A stretch of 64,000 nt of DNA. Origin: an uncultured Candidatus Binatia bacterium. Lineage in GTDB: Bacteria > Desulfobacterota > Binatia > HRBIN30. This document shows positions 60,459 through 64,000 of this stretch, one piece after another; positions within the stretch are counted from its first letter, which is position 1, and every line of letters begins with the position of its first letter. The notes under the pieces were generated by a model. The model searched no databases. It had not been told where the DNA came from and worked only from the letters and a program-made list of their open reading frames with translations. The stretch spans positions 53,462 to 117,461 of the forward strand of contig CAZGEJ010000008.1 in the NCBI GenBank assembly GCA_964524885.1, written 5' to 3'. The translations under genes were made by a program, and so were the position numbers.

Positions 60459-61540
60459 TCATAGGCTGGCGACGGAGTACTGCCGGTACTGCGTGGCGCA
60501 GACGCTCGTTCCCGCCAGACAGACCGTGACGGAGAAGTCCACCACGTCGGCCTCGTAGAGCTGGAAGTCCGCCGCCGAAGTCGTGTTCCCGTTCGCGTTG
60601 GCGGCCAGCAGGAAGTCCGGGCATCCCGTGTTCGTCCCCGACGTGCATGTCCAAAAGTACTGCAGCGGCTGGCCGCAACCGCTGAGCGAGGCCCCCGCAT
60701 CCAGGTGCAGGAGCTGCGGCAGGCGAATGCCGGAGGCGGGAGTGAGAGAGGCCGCCACGCCGCAGGTGCAGACCGTCGGCTCCCCACTGCAGTCCCACCC
60801 AGGCTCGCTGCCGCAGGAGGCCGAGCACCCGTCGTCCGGATCGATGTTGTCGTCGTCGCACAGCTCGGTGCCGCGGACCAGTCCGTCGCCGCAGATGGGC
60901 GAACAGACCGACGGGCCGCTGCCCACCGGGCAGGTCCAGCCGGTCTCGCGCACGCAGTCCGACGCGCAGCCGTCGCCGTCACTGGCATCGCCGTCGTCGC
61001 ACTGCTCGTCGCTGGCGACGATGCCGTCGGAGCATGTGGACAGGCAGCTCGACGGCTCGCCGGCGCAATCGTAGCCCGTCTCGGGCGCACACGATGCCGA
61101 GCAGCCGTCGCCGGAGGCTGGGTCGCCGTCGTCGCAGTCTTCCGACGGCGCGATCACGCCGTCGCCACACACGCGGGCCACGTCGTCGCCGACCAGCGAC
61201 GAGCATTCGCCGAGATACGTGTCCACGGTAGTGGCGTCGCCGTTCACCGCGCAGGCCCCCGACGCTTCCGCCTTCGCGAACGCATTGAAGAACTTCTGCT
61301 CGGCCTTTGCCACACAGGCCGCGTCGACGCTCGTGCCGGCCAGTGCCGCTTTAGCGCGGCACTTCGCGATGGACGCGAAACGCTTGCCACTGGCGTTCAG
61401 CTTCGCGGCTACGCAACGGGCGGCTGCGCTCGGCGCGGCTGAGACCGACTTCAACGGCATCGTGAACAGTTGCGCGGACAGCACCGCGCCGCACATCGCG
61501 GCCACCTTGGCCGCGAACTTGATTCGCGTGGAATTCATCG
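60459..61540 (-). CDS. Secreted Myxococcus-type cysteine-rich repeat protein (360 aa)
   Basis: Start at MNSTRIKFAAKVAAMCGAVLSAQ (signal peptide). Three tandem repeats follow: CGDGVIAPSEDCDDGDPASGDGCSASCAPETGYDC, CSDGIVASDEQCDDGDASDGDGCASDCVRETGWTC and CGDGLVRGTELCDDDNIDPDDGCSASCGSEPGWDC. Confidence 0.7.
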
Positions 61541-61836
61541 AAGTGCCCCCTTCTCGATCCGATTTCGGGAAAACACGCAAGGCAGCGTCGGCGACGCCGC
61601 GGTCCGATCCCTGGACCGCACCTGCTGCCCGGTCCGCCGGCGCCGCGATGGGCGGCGTGGCTGCACGTTTCCTTCCGGCCCTGGCGAAGGCGGAGTTCAG
61701 CATCCCGGGCGAGCCGTGTCGAGAGCCGATCGACGGCGCATCCCTGCCGGCCCCCGGACCGTTGCGCCGCCACGCACGGCGGCGCGCCCCCATCACCGCG
61801 TGCAGCAACCCGCGGGGCACGCTACGTTCCGGCCCC

Positions 61837-62598
61837 ATGAGCGAAGAGGTTCCCGTCCACCACATGTCCTCGTTCGATGGCGCATCCCTCGCGTGGCGCG
61901 AAGTCGGGGAGGGTCGCCCCGTGCTCATGCTGCACGGGCTGTTCAGCCACGCCGCCCTGAACTGGCTGAACTTCGGCACGGCCGGCGTGCTGGCCGACGC
62001 CGGCTTCCGCGCGATCCTGCCCGACTTCCGCGGCCACGGGCACAGCGACTCCCCTCGCGACGCCGCGGCCTGGCCGGCCGACGTGCTGGCGCGCGACATC
62101 GAGCACCTCGTGGCGCACCTCGGCCTCGGCGACTTCGACCTCGCCGGCTATTCGCTGGGCGCCCGCACGGCGGTACGCCTGGTGGTGCGCGGCCTTGCGC
62201 CGCGGCGCCTCGTGCTGTCCGGCATGGGCACGGAAGGCATCGTGCACTCGGGCGCGCGGGTCGAGTTCTTCCTGCGCGCCATCGCGACGCGCCACACCGC
62301 GAAGCCTGGCACGCCGGAATGGCTGGCCGGGCAGTTCCTGAAGAGCAACGGTGTGGATCCGGATGCCGCCACTTGCCTGCTGCGCTCGCTGGTGCAGACG
62401 AAGGTGGAGGAGCTGGCGGCCATCACCACGCCGACGCTCGTGCTCTGCGGCAAGGACGACCGCGACAACGGATCGGGCGCCGAGCTGGCGAAGCTCCTTC
62501 GCGACGGCCGCTTCGTCGAGGTGCCCGGCAACCATATGACGGTGCCCACCAGGCGCGACTTCGCGCTGGCCATCCGCGACTTCCTGAGCGAACCGTAG
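61837..62598 (+). CDS. Alpha/beta-fold hydrolase
   Basis: PVLMLHGLFSH (HG oxyanion motif) and the nucleophile elbow GYSLGAR; about 253 aa; the real start is internal to track ORF 61219..62598. Confidence 0.75.
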   Translation: MSEEVPVHHMSSFDGASLAWREVGEGRPVLMLHGLFSHAALNWLNFGTAGVLADAGFRAILPDFRGHGHSDSPRDAAAWPADVLARDIEHLVAHLGLGDFDLAGYSLGARTAVRLVVRGLAPRRLVLSGMGTEGIVHSGARVEFFLRAIATRHTAKPGTPEWLAGQFLKSNGVDPDAATCLLRSLVQTKVEELAAITTPTLVLCGKDDRDNGSGAELAKLLRDGRFVEVPGNHMTVPTRRDFALAIRDFLSEP

Positions 62599-62767
62599 AC
62601 CAGCGAGCGGGGCAGCGAGCGCAATGGCCTTCGTTTTGGGGCAGTTGACGGCAATGAGTTAGGCGGCAGCTGCCATTGCAAATGTTGTAGACCGTCTTGT
62701 GGTAATCGCGTGCGGCGGTGCGACACCCGACCGGGTCGAGCGCCCGAAACCAGTCTTCCGTTGGCCC

Positions 62768-63010
62768 GGGAACCGATTCGACATCGCAAAACCGTTCGTC
62801 CGTTGAGCGGAGAACCGATTTGGCATGACAAAACCGTTCTTCCGTTGAACCGAAAACCGATTTGAGATGGCAAAATCGTTCCTCGGTTGAACCGAAAACC
62901 GATTTGCACTCGCAAAACCGTTCATCCGTTCACCCGCCGATCGGTTTGGCACTGCAAAACCGATCGCCGGATGAACCCGCGAACGGATTCGGAGGTGCGA
63001 ACCGGTTCTC
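62768..63010. repeat. Degenerate tandem array of six ~41-42-bp units containing AACCG(A)TT half-sites phased every ~20-21 bp
   Basis: Units: aaccgattcgacatcgcaaaaccgttcgtccgttgagcggag / aaccgatttggcatgacaaaaccgttcttccgttgaaccgaa / aaccgatttgagatggcaaaatcgttcctcggttgaaccgaa / aaccgatttgcactcgcaaaaccgttcatccgttcacccgcc / two further degenerate units. It lies in a lower-GC convergent intergenic region. Confidence 0.85.
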
Positions 63011-63278
63011 GTGCGACTCGCCGTTGGCTCTGGGCAGGCGCAGCTGCGGTCACGGGAAAGGATTCACCGCGGAGATTTCGGGCACGGAGTCGATCGGGGG
63101 AATGTCGTTGAGCCGCCGGGCGCGCGATGGTGGGCACTTTCTCGCGCCACGTGGATCTTGCGCTGCACCGGGCTCGCCGAGTGCAACTCGGCGCTCCGGT
63201 GGACACACGCTAGGTGCAATGAAGTGCTCGCGTTCGCTCGCGATGCGGCGCGGCGCTTCGGAGATGGGTGATGCGGCT

Positions 63279-64000
63279 TTACTCGCTGATGAGGACGAGG
63301 TCGTCGCGGTGGATGATTTCGTCGGTACGGCGATAGCCCAGCGCCGGCTCGATCTCGGCTGAACGCAGGCCCTTGATGCGCTCCAACTCCACGGCGCTGT
63401 AGGTCACCAGACCACGCGCCAGCTCACGACCCTCGGCGTCGACACAACGCACGCAGGCGCCATCGTCGAAGCGTCCTTCGACCCGCACCACTCCCGACGG
63501 CAACAGGCTGCGGCCGCCGCGCAATACGGCTTCCACCGCGCCGGCGTCGAGCACCAGCGTACCGCTCGGCTTCAACGTATACGCGATCCAATGCTTGCGG
63601 CGCGCCAGACGGTCGCCGTCGGGCAAAAACAAGGTGCCGGTCTCGACGTCGGCGTCGAAGACTCGCTGCAATACCCCCGGCGTCATACCGTCGGCGATGA
63701 CCGTGGCGATGCCGGCGGCGGCGGCCTTGCCCGCGGCGGCAAACTTCGAGGCCATGCCGCCGGTGCCGACCGCGCTGCGCCCCTGCATGTCGTAGCCGCC
63801 GCCGGCTCGCTCTTCCGCAGTCACCAAGGTCACCAATGCGGCGTCGGCGTGCTCACGCGGGTTCTTGGTGTAGAGGCCGGCGACGTCGCTCAACAGCACC
63901 AACAGATCGGCCTCGACCAAGCCGGCGATCAGCGCCGACAAGTTGTCGTTGTCGCCGAAGTTGAGCAGCTCCTTGGTGACGACCGTGTCGTTTTCGTTGG
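63279..64000 (-). CDS. proB: Glutamate 5-kinase ProB, partial (C-terminal kinase part plus PUA domain); the N-terminus lies beyond the window end
   Basis: ...NFGDNDNLSALIAGLVEADLLVLLSDVAGLYTKNP... and the C-terminal PUA domain (GVVRVEGRFDDGACVRCVDAEGRELARGLV). Confidence 0.85.
   Translation of the reverse strand, partial: NENDTVVTKELLNFGDNDNLSALIAGLVEADLLVLLSDVAGLYTKNPREHADAALVTLVTAEERAGGGYDMQGRSAVGTGGMASKFAAAGKAAAAGIATVIADGMTPGVLQRVFDADVETGTLFLPDGDRLARRKHWIAYTLKPSGTLVLDAGAVEAVLRGGRSLLPSGVVRVEGRFDDGACVRCVDAEGRELARGLVTYSAVELERIKGLRSAEIEPALGYRRTDEIIHRDDLVLISE

Noticed and set aside
62768-63010. Possible CRISPR array
   Set aside because: The units are contiguous with no unique spacers. The spacer-like parts are themselves conserved between units, and identity decays monotonically. 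This is a degenerate tandem repeat, not repeat-spacer architecture.
62148-63362. ORFs 62148..62915 (-), 62659..62952 (-) and 62862..63362 (+) with a reiterated NRFS.QRKNGF peptide
   Set aside because: The periodic peptide is the translation of the ~41-bp DNA tandem repeat. There is no start context and no signal peptide, and the overlapping frames on both strands are equally open.

Overview
This is a high-GC (~68%) Gram-negative chromosomal window (lpxA, ccmABCD, kup and Myxococcus-type cysteine-rich repeats suggest a deltaproteobacterium/Myxococcota-like organism). Many long ORFs in the supplied track are antisense or alternate-frame artefacts of high GC content, so I read the frames directly.

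Main content, start to end:
- A giant minus-strand gene runs from 8528 off the left edge. The ORF track misses it because no stop lies inside the window. Its N-terminus is a clear two-partner-secretion TPS domain (NAFNSF..., LLNIV, GGNVYFANPNGFVVG, VNVGTLSVAT), so it is a filamentous-haemagglutinin-like TpsA.
- An 1892-aa secreted cysteine-rich tandem-repeat protein sits 90 bp upstream on the same strand. This pairing, with no tpsB between them, may be a previously undescribed secreted system.
- A divergent, translationally coupled three-gene membrane operon of unknown function follows.
- Housekeeping and regulatory genes:
  - kup
  - secreted/outer-membrane genes next to an 8-heme cytochrome c fused to TPR repeats
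  - sensor kinases and an NtrC-type sigma-54 response regulator
  - an SDR, a winged-helix/AAA/TPR regulator and a hotdog thioesterase
  - a DUF1302-like outer-membrane protein preceded by a sigma-54-type promoter
  - a GAF sensor kinase, an FAD oxidoreductase and a large membrane protein
  - a PAS/GAF sensor kinase, a HAD hydrolase and a DsbA-like protein
  - ccmABCD, yacG and lpxA
- A vapBC toxin-antitoxin module sits inside a ~520-bp diverged duplication of the lpxA 3' end and uvrD 3' end, followed by intact uvrD and an MBL-fold hydrolase.
- A lower-GC toxin-antitoxin-rich islet (51.0-54.6 kb) is bounded by 26-bp direct repeats. It holds an orphan HI1420-type antidote with a truncated killer remnant, a lipoprotein, a vapC-like remnant, a hypothetical protein and higBA.
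- An 1859-aa secreted beta-helix-like protein with five ~290-aa tandem repeats is followed by a convergent Myxococcus-type cysteine-rich repeat protein, an alpha/beta hydrolase and a partial proB.
- A degenerate ~41-bp tandem array with phased AACCG(A)TT half-sites lies in the last intergenic region.

Other repeat-level observations:
- Inverted hexanucleotide microsatellites (CTMAGC / GCTKAG) bracket a 16.4-kb segment.
- A G8 tract abuts the tpsA start codon.
- The AT-rich decamer AAATCTGACG recurs three times, upstream of the cysteine-rich protein/membrane operon and of the beta-helix giant.
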